NCBI GenBank assembly: GCA_039794845.1
Contig: JAUQVK010000025.1
Location: 125,330-141,648 of the forward strand
Source of the DNA: Thermostichus sp. DRC_bins_24
GTDB lineage: Bacteria > Cyanobacteriota > Cyanobacteriia > Thermostichales > Thermostichaceae
DNA: 16,319 bases
Direction of reading: 5' to 3'
Part shown: piece after piece, positions 16,046 through 16,319 of the stretch
How the letters are laid out: each line of letters starts with the position of its first letter
Numbering within the stretch: position 1 is the stretch's first letter
Notes under the pieces: generated by a model
Told to the model about the DNA's origin: nothing
What the model saw: only the letters and a program-made list of their open reading frames with translations
Databases searched by the model: none
Program-made: the position numbers and the translations under genes

Positions 16046-16319
16046 TCACCCCATTACGACGCTCGGATTTTCTCGTTTTGGGAAAAAGACCGGACGGCTC
16101 GCCGGGCTCCGGCGAGCACAGTCTCACTCACCACCGTTGATGGGCGTGAGCGGTTTGGGTTGGCCATCGGCAATTACCAACGGGGAATGCTGAACAGTTG
16201 GGCGTTCCACCGGTTGAGGGGGTTCATTGAGTACAAGGCTTTGAGGGCGGGTGTGAAGGTTGTTGCGGTCAATCCGGCCTACACCGGTCAAACGTGCCAC
16301 CGATGTCTGCCCATTCACC
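16046..16319 (+). mobile_element. tnpB: Degenerate, internally deleted IS200/IS605-family tnpB remnant (continues beyond the window)
   Basis: The frame reads YDARIFSFWEKD...TVSLTTVDGRERFGLAIGNYQRGML (N-terminal TnpB region) fused directly to NSWAFHRLRGFIEYKALRAGVKVVAVNPAYTGQTCHRC (C-terminal region with Zn-finger CxxC). An in-frame TAA lies at 16043. Confidence 0.85.

Noticed and set aside
15556..16318. ORF-track entries 15556..15975, 15740..15961, 15807..15992, 15861..16127 and 16124..16318 as intact genes
   Set aside because: They are better explained as pseudogene fragments (Uma2 tail) or antisense shadows of the tnpB remnant.
15768..16319. CRISPR array or functional Cas12f-like system near the tnpB remnant
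   Set aside because: No regularly spaced repeat-spacer units are visible anywhere in the window, and the TnpB lacks its catalytic core.

Overview
Cyanobacterial chromosomal DNA, most likely a hot-spring Synechococcus/Thermostichus-type lineage: GGGATCCC occurs at least 18 times and I saw no canonical HIP1 GCGATCGC. From left to right the window holds: (1) a large, lower-GC putative lipoprotein gene on the minus strand that runs off the left edge and is missing from the ORF track, preceded by a highly structured ~120-nt leader and Pho-box-like repeats; (2) exoD and a small secreted protein; (3) an operon with an NtcA-like box, encoding a BMP-family nucleoside-binding protein, an NdmA/VanA-like Rieske oxygenase, a CUT2 ABC ATPase and only one permease; (4) a convergent ndhH-small ORF-ndhA-ndhI unit with a terminator; (5) DUF3288, an AhpD/CMD-like protein, a truncated Phd antitoxin, a Uma2 endonuclease and a small membrane protein; (6) ureG-ureD; (7) a decayed zone with a Uma2 fragment and an internally deleted TnpB remnant. 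The most interesting candidates are a nitrogen-regulated methylated-purine uptake and demethylation system, a possibly phosphate-regulated structured RNA leader, an unknown membrane microprotein inside the ndh operon, and ~20-nt dispersed repeats that appear inserted in frame within genes. All family assignments come from motif recognition by eye; no searches were run.
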